A stretch of 64,000 nucleotides of DNA from Candidatus Berkelbacteria bacterium RIFCSPLOWO2_01_FULL_50_28 (GTDB lineage Bacteria; Patescibacteriota; UBA1384; 2-12-FULL-50-11), in contig MEZX01000002.1 in NCBI GenBank assembly GCA_001774395.1, positions 302,101 through 366,100 of the forward strand, in the 5' to 3' direction. Positions 1 through 9,037 of the stretch are shown here, piece by piece (positions within the stretch are counted from its first letter, which is position 1; every line of letters begins with the position of its first letter). Made by a program: the position numbers and the translations under genes. The notes under the pieces are model-generated. The model had not been told where the DNA came from. It saw only the letters and a program-made list of their open reading frames with translations, and made no database searches.

Positions 1-18
1 GCAGCGTCATTTTGCTGG

Positions 19-897
19 TTAAGCGTCAACTAGAGCGATATTGGCTTCTTGAAGGGCTTCGATCATCGGCCCGATGGCGCCGTCCATAATAGCGTCGATA
101 TTGTGCCAGGATTTATTGATGCGGTGATCAGTGATACGGCTCTGGGGGAAATTGTAAGTCCGGATTTTGTCGCTGCGGTCGCCGGATTTAATCATCGCGC
201 GGCGGGTATCTCCGATATCTTGGTCCTGTACGGAGCGCGCTGCCTCCCAGAGTTTACTGCGCAAGACCGCCATCGCTTTAGTCTTGTTTTTCAATTGGGA
301 TCGCTCGTCTTGACAGGCAACGACGATATTCGTGGGAATATGGGTTATTCGAACAGCCGAGTCGGTGGTGTTGACGGACTGGCCGCCAGCGCCGCCGGAG
401 TGATAGACATCGATCCTCAGATCGTTTGGATTAATATGAACATCCACATCCTCGGCTTCTGGCATGACTACGACTGACGCGGCCGAGGTATGGATACGGC
501 CGGATTTTTCAGTCTTGGGAACGCGCTGGACTCGATGGACGCCGCCTTCGAACCGCAAGGTGGCATAAGCCCGAGGTGACTTAACTAACATCGTTGCCGA
601 TTTAACCCCGCCAATAGAACTGTTACTTTTGTCGACTAATTCAACATTCCAGCCCTGTTGCTCGCTGTAACGCTGATACATTCGTAGTAATTCACCGGCG
701 AAAAGTTCGGCTTCATCGCCACCGGACCCAGCACGGATCTCTACAATGGCGTTACGTTGGTTCTCCGGGCTCAATAAATCAACCTGCGTGCGCAATCTTA
801 AAATCTCTTCGCGAGCCAATTCCTTAATGTCTTTGTCTTCGGTCTGCTCAAAAAGCGTTTCGGCCTCTTTGAGCTGACGCAAGATTTCCTTATCCAT
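19..897 (-). CDS. prfA: Peptide chain release factor 1 (short N-terminal domain)
   Basis: GGQ motif (GAGGQSVNTTDSAVRITH), RF1-type PxT motif (RVPKTE), EIRAGSGGDEA and RTYNFPQSRITDHRI. Confidence 0.95.
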   Translation of the reverse strand: MDKEILRQLKEAETLFEQTEDKDIKELAREEILRLRTQVDLLSPENQRNAIVEIRAGSGGDEAELFAGELLRMYQRYSEQQGWNVELVDKSNSSIGGVKSATMLVKSPRAYATLRFEGGVHRVQRVPKTEKSGRIHTSAASVVVMPEAEDVDVHINPNDLRIDVYHSGGAGGQSVNTTDSAVRITHIPTNIVVACQDERSQLKNKTKAMAVLRSKLWEAARSVQDQDIGDTRRAMIKSGDRSDKIRTYNFPQSRITDHRINKSWHNIDAIMDGAIGPMIEALQEANIALVDA

Positions 898-949
898 GTT
901 TACTCAAGAAGTTTAACAGAAAGAAGCCTTCTATTCTAACTTTGAACTC

Positions 950-978
950 TTGAAGGGATATCCCAGGTTTGCTACAAT
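950..978 (+). promoter_or_regulatory. Sigma70-type promoter of rpmE
   Basis: TTGAAG (950-955), 17 bp, TACAAT (973-978) with extended TG; ATG 11 nt downstream. Confidence 0.55.
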
Positions 979-989
979 AATCATCAGTC

Positions 990-1223
990 ATGAAAAAAGA
1001 AATCCACCCCCAGTACTTTCCCAACTGCAAGGTAACTTGCGCTTGTGGCAATACATTCACGCTCGGCGCAACTGTGTCCGAACTACGGGTTGAAATCTGC
1101 TCCAACTGCCACCCAATCTATACGGGCAAAGTAAAATACATCGATACGGCCGGACGGTTGGATAAGTTCAAGACGAGAATGGAAAAATCGCGCTCAATTA
1201 AGGAAGGAACAGCCAAGAAATGA
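990..1223 (+). CDS. rpmE: 50S ribosomal protein L31 (Zn-binding type)
   Basis: [39 protein letters not shown]. Confidence 0.97.
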   Translation: MKKEIHPQYFPNCKVTCACGNTFTLGATVSELRVEICSNCHPIYTGKVKYIDTAGRLDKFKTRMEKSRSIKEGTAKK

Positions 1224-1323
1224 GTTACCAGTTACCAGTTACCAAGTTTGAAAATTGTTTTATTGAAAATTTATTGAAAATTGAAAACTGTGAATTGAAA
1301 ACTGCTCAAGACGGAGGCTTGAG
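1224..1323. repeat. 7-mer array (GTTACCA x3, then TTGAAAA-type units) ending in a small hairpin
   Basis: gttacca at 1224/1231/1238; ttgaaaattg..ttgaaaatttattgaaaattgaaaactgtgaattgaaaact; hairpin ctcaag-acggagg-cttgag immediately before the rpsB ATG. Confidence 0.75.
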
Positions 1324-2202
1324 ATGATGCCAACGATAGTCGAGCTAGCCGAGGCTGGAGCGCATTTTGGTCACCGCCGATCACTCGTTTCGCCAAGGTC
1401 TAAATCTTTCATATTTGCTATAAAAAATTCTGTCGCCTTAATTAACCTCGAAGAAACGCAGCGCTATCTATCGCAAGCTCAGAAGGTTATAGCCAAGTAC
1501 CGAGCCGAAAATAAAGCGATTCTATTTGTTGGTACGAAGCGCGCCGCTCGCAACATTGTGAAGACATCTGCCGAATCGATCGGTGCGGCCTATATCAACG
1601 AACGTTGGTTCGGCGGATTTTTAACTAACTTTTCTGGAATCTTGGAAAACATTCGTCGCATTGACGAGCGAGAGGAATATTTGGCTAGCGATGAATCCAA
1701 AAATTTGAGCAAAGCGGAGAGATTGCGGGAACAGAACAAGTTGAATAAGTCGTTACGGTTTCTGCAAGGAGTTCGCTCCCTGAAGGCAGCGCCGGACTTG
1801 CTTGTTTTGGCTAGTGCTAGCGAAGACGCTGTAGCGATCAAAGAGGCAAATCAGCTAAACGTGCCAATTATTGCAATCGTCGACACTGACATTGATCCAC
1901 AAAAAATTACCTATCCGATCCCTGCTAATGATGATGCGCCGGCGGCTGTTGAGCTCATTCTGCGATCTTTGGTAAGTAAAACCGAAGAAACCGTTAAACC
2001 GAAGACCCCAGCCGTGAAGCTAGAGCTCGCTGAAGTTGAAGCAAAGCCAGTGAAGAAAACTCCCGTTAAGAAAGCAGCCAAACCGAAGCTGGAAAAGAGC
2101 GCCACTGTCAAACCAAAGGTAGCCGTCAATAAGGTCGCAGCCAAAAAAGCCGTTCCAAAAGCTAAATCAGCTCCCGTAAAGACACTAAACAAGGGGAAAT
2201 AA
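1324..2202 (+). CDS. rpsB: 30S ribosomal protein S2 with Lys/Ala/Pro-rich C-terminal tail
   Basis: AGAHFGH, ILFVGTK, ERWFGGFLTN, IVDTDIDP, PIPANDD; low-complexity basic tail of about 70 aa. Confidence 0.96.
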   Translation: MMPTIVELAEAGAHFGHRRSLVSPRSKSFIFAIKNSVALINLEETQRYLSQAQKVIAKYRAENKAILFVGTKRAARNIVKTSAESIGAAYINERWFGGFLTNFSGILENIRRIDEREEYLASDESKNLSKAERLREQNKLNKSLRFLQGVRSLKAAPDLLVLASASEDAVAIKEANQLNVPIIAIVDTDIDPQKITYPIPANDDAPAAVELILRSLVSKTEETVKPKTPAVKLELAEVEAKPVKKTPVKKAAKPKLEKSATVKPKVAVNKVAAKKAVPKAKSAPVKTLNKGK

Positions 2203-2216
2203 TGCTCTCGTGTATC

Positions 2217-2311
2217 TTGAAAATTGTAAATTGTAAATTGATAGCGGCCGAGGTAAATGAGGGAGCTATGGAGGCGAAAGCCGACAAAATTGTTCAAACC
2301 GGAGGTTTGAA
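2217..2311. repeat. 7-mer array carrying a 45-bp GC-rich insert, followed by a hairpin
   Basis: ttgaaaattgtaaattgtaaattg; 2239-2292 is the reverse complement (53/54) of 3372-3425; hairpin ttcaaacc-gga-ggtttgaa before the tsf ATG. Confidence 0.85.
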
Positions 2312-2314
2312 GTA

Positions 2315-2767
2315 ATGGCCAACGTCGAACTTATAAAAAAGCTACGCGCTCAAACTGGTTTGGGCATGCATGATATTAAGAAAGCATTGGATGAGTCCAA
2401 TGATAACGAGGCCAACGCGCTGGTGCTGTTGAAGGAGTGGGGGCTATCAACCGTCGCCAAAAAATCTGACCGTGCCACTTCTCAGGGTTTGGTTGAATCG
2501 TACGTTCACGGCGGACGGCTTGGAGCGATTGTCGAAGTTAACTGCGAGACCGATTTTGTCGCCCGTAACGATGAGTTTAAAGCTTTTGTTAAAGATATCG
2601 CCATGCAAGTGGCTTCGATGAACCCGCAAGATGTTGAAGAACTTTTGAAACAAGATTACTTCCGTGACCCTTCCAAGACTATTGAAGAGCTGTTGACTGA
2701 GGTCATCTCCAAGATTGGCGAGAACGTCCGAATTAGCCGCTTTCAGCGCTTTGAATTGGGCGTATAG
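2315..2767 (+). CDS. tsf: Elongation factor Ts (short form, 150 aa)
   Basis: IKKLRAQTGLGMHDIKKAL, VEVNCETDFVARN, IAMQVASMNP, KIGENVRISRFQRFELG. Confidence 0.95.
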   Translation: MANVELIKKLRAQTGLGMHDIKKALDESNDNEANALVLLKEWGLSTVAKKSDRATSQGLVESYVHGGRLGAIVEVNCETDFVARNDEFKAFVKDIAMQVASMNPQDVEELLKQDYFRDPSKTIEELLTEVISKIGENVRISRFQRFELGV

Positions 2768-2815
2768 CGTCGTGCCGCTGTATTTTTCCGCTTCTTCTGC
2801 TAAATTTATTCTGTA

Positions 2816-3367
2816 ATGTCGGCAATTCTTTCCGTAAAAACAGAGATGAGTAGAGTCCTCCAGGTTCTGGAGGAGGATTTACGAACCCTGCGACCCGGCC
2901 GCGCATCCGCCGAACTTGTTACCAGCCTACCGGTGGACGTTTACGGTCAAAAAATGTCTATCCAACAGCTGGCTTCCATCTCTAACGACGAGCAGGGCAA
3001 CCTCATCTTGCAGCCGTGGGACAAGTCGACAATTGGTGCCGTAGAACAAGCAGTCCGAGTCAGCCAGCTTGGTTTCTCCGTCGTGAATATCGGGGACAGC
3101 CTAAAGCTGACGGTACCGCCGCTCTCGCAGGAACGTCGGCTGGAAATGGTAAAACTGGTTGGTCAAAAAGGAGAAGCGGCTCGAATCCAGTTGCGTCAGA
3201 TTCGGGGTGATGCTCACCAGGCGGCCACCAAAGAAAAAACCAACGGAACGATGCGCGAGGATGAGCTAAGTCGATATACCAAAGAGCTTAACGATAAAAT
3301 TGACGAGAATAATAAGCAGATAAAAGAGCTAGTAGAGCGGAAAGAAAAAGAGCTAATGACAGTATGA
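2816..3367 (+). CDS. frr: Ribosome recycling factor
   Basis: LRPGRAS, VDVYG, IQQLASIS, QPWDKS, PPLSQERR, ARIQLRQIR, KEKELMTV; follows tsf. Confidence 0.93.
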   Translation: MSAILSVKTEMSRVLQVLEEDLRTLRPGRASAELVTSLPVDVYGQKMSIQQLASISNDEQGNLILQPWDKSTIGAVEQAVRVSQLGFSVVNIGDSLKLTVPPLSQERRLEMVKLVGQKGEAARIQLRQIRGDAHQAATKEKTNGTMREDELSRYTKELNDKIDENNKQIKELVERKEKELMTV

Positions 3368-3371
3368 GAGG

Positions 3372-3535
3372 CAATTTTGTCGGCTTTCGCCTCCATAGCT
3401 CCCTCATTTACCTCGGTCGCTATCAGTTTTCAGTTTTGCAATTTTCAATAAATATCCAATGCTTCAATTTTCAAACATTAAAACACTGGAAACTGTAAAT
3501 TCAATGAAAATTAGAAATTGTAAATTGATAATTCT
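3372..3535. repeat. Empty inverted 7-mer array element (TTTTCAA arm, short spacer, TTGAAAA arm) with a 45-bp insert at 3379-3423
   Basis: aatttt[gtcggctttcgcctccatagct..gtcgctat]cagttttcagttttgcaattttcaa..caattttcaaac / gaaactgtaaattcaatgaaaattagaaattgtaaattgataatt. Confidence 0.8.
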
Positions 3536-3553
3536 CAAAACAGCCAAAATAAA

Positions 3554-4645
3554 ATGGCTGTAACCTTGTTAGTCTTCCTGGCTGTTTTGGGCGTTATGGT
3601 CTTTGTCCACGAGCTGGGGCATTTCCTGGTGGCCAAACGTAGCGGCGTAAGAGTGGAAGAATTTGCTTTTGGCTTTCGACCGCGTCTTTGGAGTAAGACC
3701 GTCGGTGAAACGACCTACGCGATAAATCTGATCCCGCTTGGGGGTTACGTTAAAATGTTCGGCGAAGCTGATGGCCAGACTGGGCCGCGATCATTCAAAG
3801 CTAAAAAACCATCCACCCGGCTAGCAATTCTAGTGGCCGGTGCAACGATGAACTTGCTGATGGCCTGGGTGATCCTGACGATGCTATTTATTACCGGGTT
3901 CCAGCCTTTCACTCCTAACGCTTCCAAGAACCCCTTTATCGTCGAAAAACCATCAGTAGCGGTTGCTAGTGTTATAGCTAAAAGTCCAGCCGAGAAGAGC
4001 GGCTTTAAGGTAGAAGATATAATTTTAGCCGTCAACGGACAGTCGCTAGACGGCGGATTAGACTTCATCAATCAGATTCGGGCGCTCAACGGCCAAACAG
4101 CTATCGTTACGGTTACGCGCTCTGGGCAGGAGCTGAAGTTATTAGTTACCCCTCGAGTCAACCCACCGCCCGGGCAAGGAGCAATTGGGGTAGCCATCGG
4201 TCAAATTGGCCAAGTCAGGTCTACTTGGTTCAAAGCACCAGTCGCCGCCGTTTATGAAACTGGCCGAGTTATCGGTATCTCGGCAGTGGGCTTTGCCGAC
4301 TTCGTAAAAAATCTCGTTGTACGGCAGGAAGTCTCCGACGACGTTACGGGTATTGTTGGAGTTGGGCAGCTGACGGGTATCGCCAGACGAATGGGCTTCG
4401 AGTACCTGGCACAATTAGTGGCTCTGATTTCCATTGGCTTAGGGGTGATCAATCTGATGCCGATCCTGCCGCTCGATGGTGGTCATATCGCGATTATCGG
4501 CTATGAAAGAATTGCCCGTCGACCGCTAACTGAGCGACAGTTCTCTATATTTGCCAGCTTTGGGCTAGCATTCATTCTACTTATGTTTCTGGTGGTGACG
4601 TTCAAAGACTTTGTTCGCTTTGATGTAATTGGTAGAATCTTCTAA
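3554..4645 (+). CDS. rseP: RseP-family (M50) intramembrane zinc metalloprotease with PDZ domain
   Basis: HELGH, IPLGGYVKM, AGATMN, PDZ segment (SPAEKSGFKVEDIILAVNG), NLMPILPLDGGH. Confidence 0.92.
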   Translation: MAVTLLVFLAVLGVMVFVHELGHFLVAKRSGVRVEEFAFGFRPRLWSKTVGETTYAINLIPLGGYVKMFGEADGQTGPRSFKAKKPSTRLAILVAGATMNLLMAWVILTMLFITGFQPFTPNASKNPFIVEKPSVAVASVIAKSPAEKSGFKVEDIILAVNGQSLDGGLDFINQIRALNGQTAIVTVTRSGQELKLLVTPRVNPPPGQGAIGVAIGQIGQVRSTWFKAPVAAVYETGRVIGISAVGFADFVKNLVVRQEVSDDVTGIVGVGQLTGIARRMGFEYLAQLVALISIGLGVINLMPILPLDGGHIAIIGYERIARRPLTERQFSIFASFGLAFILLMFLVVTFKDFVRFDVIGRIF

Positions 4646-5868
4646 TGAAGCTTAGTCAGTTTTATATCAAAACCCGTCGGTCGATGGCCGCGCAAGAATC
4701 GATTAATTCTTATTTGCTCGAAAAAGCGGGTTTTATTAGCCAAGTGGCCGCTGGAGTTTACGCTTACTTGCCATTGGCGACGCGATCGCTGCGTAAAATT
4801 GAGCAGATTATCCGCGAAGAAATGAACAGTATCGGCGCTTCGGAAGTGGTATTTTCAACTCTGCAGCCCAAGAGTATCTGGGAGGCTTCTGGACGGTGGG
4901 ATGACAAGAACTTCCGAGAGATCGTTTATATCGACAAAGAATCTGATATGACCCTTGGGCCGACTCACGAGGAACCTATGGTAATTGCGACGCGGCAATT
5001 CATCCGTTCTTATCGCGATCTGCCGGTCAACCTGTATCAGTTCCAAACGAAATTCCGTAAGGAACTGAGGGCGAAATCTGGACTGCTGCGTGGGAGGGAG
5101 TTTAGAATGAAAGATCTCTACAGTTTTCATCCCGACGAGAAAGCGCACGATGAATTCTATGAACAGTGCGCTGAAGCCTACACCAAAGTTTTTGGTCGGC
5201 TTGGGCTAACCAGTTATCGTGTTAAAGCAACTGGTGGGGTCTTTAGCAACGAGTACTCGGATGAGTATCAGGTGATCTGCCCGACCGGCGAAGATGAGAT
5301 ATTAGTCGATCATAAGAGTCGAACTGGTTTTAATAAAGAAGTTGAAGACCAACTCAAGGAGTCTGAAAAAAAGAAACTGGAACGGGTCCGAGCGATCGAA
5401 GTGGGCAATATTTTTCACCTAGGTACCAAATATACTGATGCCTTTGACGTTAAATACGCGGATCCCAGTGGTAAATTGCGGTCAATCTATATGGGTTGTT
5501 ACGGCATCGGTATCAGCCGGTTGCTTGGAACTCTAGCCGAGCTTTACAACGATGGAAATGGGTTAAAGCTCCCCAAACAGGTGGCGCCGTTTGAAGTGGT
5601 AGTCATCGACCTAACCAGCACTAAAACCGGTTTAAAACTTCACAACGAGCTCGAAGAATTAGGGGTTGAGGTGCTATTCGATGATCGCGACGAGCCAGCG
5701 GGGACTAAGTTGGTTGACGCCGATCTAGTTGGTTACCCAATTCGCTTAGTTTACAGCACGAAAACCGCCCAAGACGGCAAGATCGAAATCAAAGAGCGCG
5801 CTAATGGCAAGGTAACGCTGGTTAATCTAGAGGACACCGTAAAAAGCGTTCAGAAATTGCTTGGTTAA
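4645..5868 (+). CDS. proS: Proline--tRNA ligase, short form without editing insertion
   Basis: LGPTHEE, YQFQTKFRKELRAKSGLLRGREFRMKDLYSF, IEVGNIFHLGTKY, MGCYGIGISR, anticodon domain (FDDR..ADLVGYP). Confidence 0.95.
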   Translation: MKLSQFYIKTRRSMAAQESINSYLLEKAGFISQVAAGVYAYLPLATRSLRKIEQIIREEMNSIGASEVVFSTLQPKSIWEASGRWDDKNFREIVYIDKESDMTLGPTHEEPMVIATRQFIRSYRDLPVNLYQFQTKFRKELRAKSGLLRGREFRMKDLYSFHPDEKAHDEFYEQCAEAYTKVFGRLGLTSYRVKATGGVFSNEYSDEYQVICPTGEDEILVDHKSRTGFNKEVEDQLKESEKKKLERVRAIEVGNIFHLGTKYTDAFDVKYADPSGKLRSIYMGCYGIGISRLLGTLAELYNDGNGLKLPKQVAPFEVVVIDLTSTKTGLKLHNELEELGVEVLFDDRDEPAGTKLVDADLVGYPIRLVYSTKTAQDGKIEIKERANGKVTLVNLEDTVKSVQKLLG

Positions 5869-5890
5869 AGTTTGAAATAGTTTTTTGGGG

Positions 5891-5968
5891 CTTGCCCCGC
5901 ACCTCGAAACCTGATTGCAAATTTCTGACATCAGAATATTGCAAGAGGTTGAGCTGGTGCGGGGTTGA
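5891..5968. mobile_element. Empty foldback element CCCCGCAC..GTGCGGGG (about 70-bp imperfect palindrome)
   Basis: cttg[ccccgcacc..aacct..ttgcaa-atttctga-ca-tcagaat-attgcaa..aggtt..ggtgcgggg]ttga; same termini as 46437-46746 and 63077-63212. Confidence 0.6.
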
Positions 5969-5994
5969 CAGGCTTGCTACCCTGTTGTTACTCT
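5965..5994 (+). promoter_or_regulatory. Sigma70 promoter of the small acidic ORF
   Basis: TTGACA (5965-5970), 18 bp, TACTCT (5989-5994) with extended TG. Confidence 0.5.
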
Positions 5995-6056
5995 GAAGTA
6001 AGTAAGTGCCCTTTGCGGGCGGCAGATTTTTTCTGCTTAAACACAAGGAGGTTCAG

Positions 6057-6182
6057 ATGAATGATTTGAACACCGCTGTACCGGCGGCCGAGGGTGAAGA
6101 AAAACCCGAGGAAGAAACCGATACAGACAAACCCGTAGAAGGCGCTCCAGTCGAAGAGACAACACCAGAGCAGCCGCTGTAA
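6057..6182 (+). CDS. 41-aa acidic, probably disordered small protein (below ORF-track cutoff)
   Basis: SD AAGGAGG at ~6045-6051, ATG 6057, MNDLNTAVPAAEGEEKPEEETDTDKPVEGAPVEETTPEQPL*, with its own promoter and terminator. Confidence 0.65.
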   Translation: MNDLNTAVPAAEGEEKPEEETDTDKPVEGAPVEETTPEQPL

Positions 6183-6206
6183 ACTTCCCTTCTTGGGAAT
6201 ACAGAG

Positions 6207-6230
6207 AACCCGCTAAGCGCGGGTTTTTTG
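6207..6230 (+). terminator. Rho-independent terminator
   Basis: aacccgc-taagc-gcgggtt followed by a T tract. Confidence 0.75.
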
Positions 6231-6260
6231 TTTAAGGTGAAACTTTGGTAGGCTGGTAGT

Positions 6261-7040
6261 ATGAGTAGACGATTGATCGTCGGTAACTGGAAGATGTATC
6301 CCACTCTTAGTGATGCGCTGGTACTGACCAGCTCGCTTAAGACGGCCCTAGAAGGTGTTAAGGGGGTTGAGATAGCGCTGGCCCCGCCGACGCCCTGGTT
6401 GGTCCCGGTAGTTGAGTCTTGGCATCACAAACTAGAGAACGTCCACTTTGCCGCGCAAGATATCTGGCCTCACGATCAAGGGGCTTACACCGGACAAGCC
6501 TCAGCATTTCTACTAAAGAACCTGGTCAGTTACGCTATCGTCGGCCATTCGGAGCGCCGAAGTTACGTTGGCGAAGACAATGATCTGATAAACGACAAAG
6601 TGCACGCCTGTTTACGTTGGGGTATCAAACCGATTCTCTGTGTCGGGGAAACCAAGCGCCTACTCGACGCAGACGGCAATACTGATTCTTACCAGTGGAG
6701 CCGTCTATCTATCCAGCTAATGGAAGGGTTATCTGGCATAAAAGAAGAGGACCTGGCAAAAGTCTCAGTTGCTTATGAACCTGTTTGGGCGGTTGGTACT
6801 AAGCGTCCGGCGACTCCCGAATACGCCTTGGAAGTTATCGGGAGACTGCGTGAGAAGCTAAGTGAAAAGTACCCGCGTAGAGCACTTGGCGAGCTGCGGA
6901 TCCTCTACGGGGGGGACGTCGACGTACAGAATGCAGCCGGCTTTATGAAATACCCGGAGATCGACGGCTTTTTGCTTGGTAGGGAAGCGGTTCACGCAAG
7001 AAACTTTGCCAAAGTCTGCTCGACCGCGGCCAGCTTGTAA
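6261..7040 (+). CDS. tpiA: Triosephosphate isomerase with atypical phosphate-binding loops
   Basis: GNWKM, GAYTG, VGHSERR, ILCVGET, AYEPVWAVGT; loops read YGGDVD and FLLGREAV. Confidence 0.85.
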   Translation: MSRRLIVGNWKMYPTLSDALVLTSSLKTALEGVKGVEIALAPPTPWLVPVVESWHHKLENVHFAAQDIWPHDQGAYTGQASAFLLKNLVSYAIVGHSERRSYVGEDNDLINDKVHACLRWGIKPILCVGETKRLLDADGNTDSYQWSRLSIQLMEGLSGIKEEDLAKVSVAYEPVWAVGTKRPATPEYALEVIGRLREKLSEKYPRRALGELRILYGGDVDVQNAAGFMKYPEIDGFLLGREAVHARNFAKVCSTAASL

Positions 7041-7043
7041 CAA

Positions 7044-8000
7044 ATGTCTCAACGAATACTAATTGTTGGTGACTCGCCGCTGTCGTACTTCATCGCTCGC
7101 TTAATCGACGCCGAGCTGTCGCGCTTGGCCCACATGCAAGTGACCCACATTACAACAGACACGGATTTGGTTTATTTTCCGACAATCTCAACTGTTCTAG
7201 GCCCAGCGGTTTTTAGGCGCAAAAAGCTGGAGAATGTCGTTCTCAAGAAGGAGACAGTGATGTCAATTAACCTTAAGGCCAAGAGAGTTGTTACAAATCG
7301 AGAAGTTTATTCGTACGATTATCTGATTCTCGACCTAATGCCGGTGATTACCGTTCAGGAGTTCTTGGCGATTCAGCGTAGCGCCAAGGAAGTTGTGGTT
7401 CATCTCCAGGCCGCCCTGAAACAGAACGAAAAGCTTAACGCTACTGTCAATTTCGCCGGCGACATTTTTGGTTGCCAGTTAGCGCTTGCCCTGGCTAGGG
7501 ACAGGACAAAATTAAGTTCCCGAACTATGCGAAAGTTAGCTATCAACGTCACAAAAACTAACAGCACATTTTTGGATAGTTTCCTAGCTTCGAACGATAT
7601 CTCTCTAGGGTGCAGCAAATCCCCGGGTTTTAATGTTGGCCAAGCCAGGGCTCAACTGTCCTGGAAGAAAATAAAGGGCTTAACTGTTGATGGAGCCGGA
7701 CATGCCCTGACCTTACCGTCTTTGAACCTGGAGAAATTTCAAGAGGTTTTTGTGCTTGACGCAGTGAATTTGCTTTCTTCTCTCTGGCGCTCGCAGTGGG
7801 TAGTGGCAAAACAGGTAGAGAAAAATATTGTAAGTACATTGGAACGCAAACCGCTCCGGGTGATCGATGGTATGCCGGCGCCAAAATATCTTACTGGGGA
7901 TAACGGGCAGATCTTACTTTGGGGCGGTATTGAAAGTCGGCGTTTGCGTGCTAGCGCAGTCGGGGCGCTCGATCGGGCGTTTGTTCGCCGGATTAGCTAA
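7044..8000 (+). CDS. Degenerate NDH-2/FAD-dependent oxidoreductase-like protein
   Basis: Rossmann-like start RILIVGDSP, V.SINLKAKRV..YDYLIL, and LTVDGAG..LPSL..FQEVFVLD resembling NDH-2; glycine motifs are eroded. Confidence 0.45.
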   Translation: MSQRILIVGDSPLSYFIARLIDAELSRLAHMQVTHITTDTDLVYFPTISTVLGPAVFRRKKLENVVLKKETVMSINLKAKRVVTNREVYSYDYLILDLMPVITVQEFLAIQRSAKEVVVHLQAALKQNEKLNATVNFAGDIFGCQLALALARDRTKLSSRTMRKLAINVTKTNSTFLDSFLASNDISLGCSKSPGFNVGQARAQLSWKKIKGLTVDGAGHALTLPSLNLEKFQEVFVLDAVNLLSSLWRSQWVVAKQVEKNIVSTLERKPLRVIDGMPAPKYLTGDNGQILLWGGIESRRLRASAVGALDRAFVRRIS

Positions 8001-8964
8001 GTTTTACTGAAGCGGCAGCTTCGGGTTTCGATTTGTGTCGGTAGATAATTGCTAGTAACAGAGACGTCACTCCAACAATCAGCATTATCACGCTAATGTT
8101 GCCGAGGGTCGACTTAAATATTTCCAAAATCCCCGCGGAAAGGTCGATTGCTACTGGTGCAAGTTGGGATTCGCTGCCGTTAGTAAAGTTCTCGCTTATC
8201 AGTCTCCCAAGCCAGTCCCAAGCGATGAGACCAAAGCCAACCTCGAAGATCCCAACCAGGATAAACGACCAAGCTAGCGTTACGAATGCTCGCGAGCGGC
8301 TGATGAGCAGGAAAAGCCCAACTACGAGTAAGGTCACAAGCCATACGCCCTTGATAATCGATAAAGCCAACACGACTGACGGCTGCCACTGTCGGACTGA
8401 CCTGGGGGCTTCCACGACCTTCAGCTGGTTTGGAACCATCTGCGAAATCTGTTGCGATAAGTTGGCCAGGTTGCGGTTGGTATCTGTTTGACTTTCGTTT
8501 GACAGGCGACAGTTGGGTAGAGTACTTGATATCTCCCAGGTGCTTAGTTGGTTGGCCTGGCAGATCGGAAGGGCGTTATACTTCTTCTGGAGTCTTACCG
8601 TTAGCTCGTCGGCAAGTTTACTCCTGACCGGACGCAAATCGTAGGAATAGGTGAGTTTATCGGTTCGTCCGGTTAAGTAATCAAGGTAAGCGTTCGTTAC
8701 AAGCTCGGAGAAATCATAGAAGCGTTTGCCGTCCACTGTCTTTTTCACGACTTCTACAAGCTCTTTATTTGTTAACGGCAGTTCTGAGCCTACGTTCATC
8801 TCTTTCAGCACCGGTTCCAGGTTCTTGATTAGACGTTCGTACATTTTCTCCTCCCGCGCTTGCGTGACGATAAAGGACGGTGTCTGCAATTGGAAGAACA
8901 CATAGCCAAGACTGCTTAGGAAAAGCAGTAAAGTTAGAATCAGCCCAACAAAACCTCGCCACAT
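7993..8964 (-). CDS. Hypothetical membrane protein (N-terminal TM, extracellular domain, three C-terminal TMs)
   Basis: Start moved to ATG 8964 (MWRGFVGLILTLLL) because the ORF-track extension overlaps pgk; hydrophobic segments are visible. Confidence 0.75.
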   Translation of the reverse strand: MWRGFVGLILTLLLFLSSLGYVFFQLQTPSFIVTQAREEKMYERLIKNLEPVLKEMNVGSELPLTNKELVEVVKKTVDGKRFYDFSELVTNAYLDYLTGRTDKLTYSYDLRPVRSKLADELTVRLQKKYNALPICQANQLSTWEISSTLPNCRLSNESQTDTNRNLANLSQQISQMVPNQLKVVEAPRSVRQWQPSVVLALSIIKGVWLVTLLVVGLFLLISRSRAFVTLAWSFILVGIFEVGFGLIAWDWLGRLISENFTNGSESQLAPVAIDLSAGILEIFKSTLGNISVIMLIVGVTSLLLAIIYRHKSKPEAAASVKLS

Positions 8965-9037
8965 AAGACCACAGTATCTTGAATAAGCAGTTTCGAAAAG
9001 ATGCGCTAATCCGTCGTTTGTTTTATGATTAACCTCT

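Noticed and set aside
1980-2202. Separate histone H1-like gene or frameshift at the end of rpsB
   Set aside because: It is in frame with S2; basic low-complexity tails on ribosomal proteins are not unusual.
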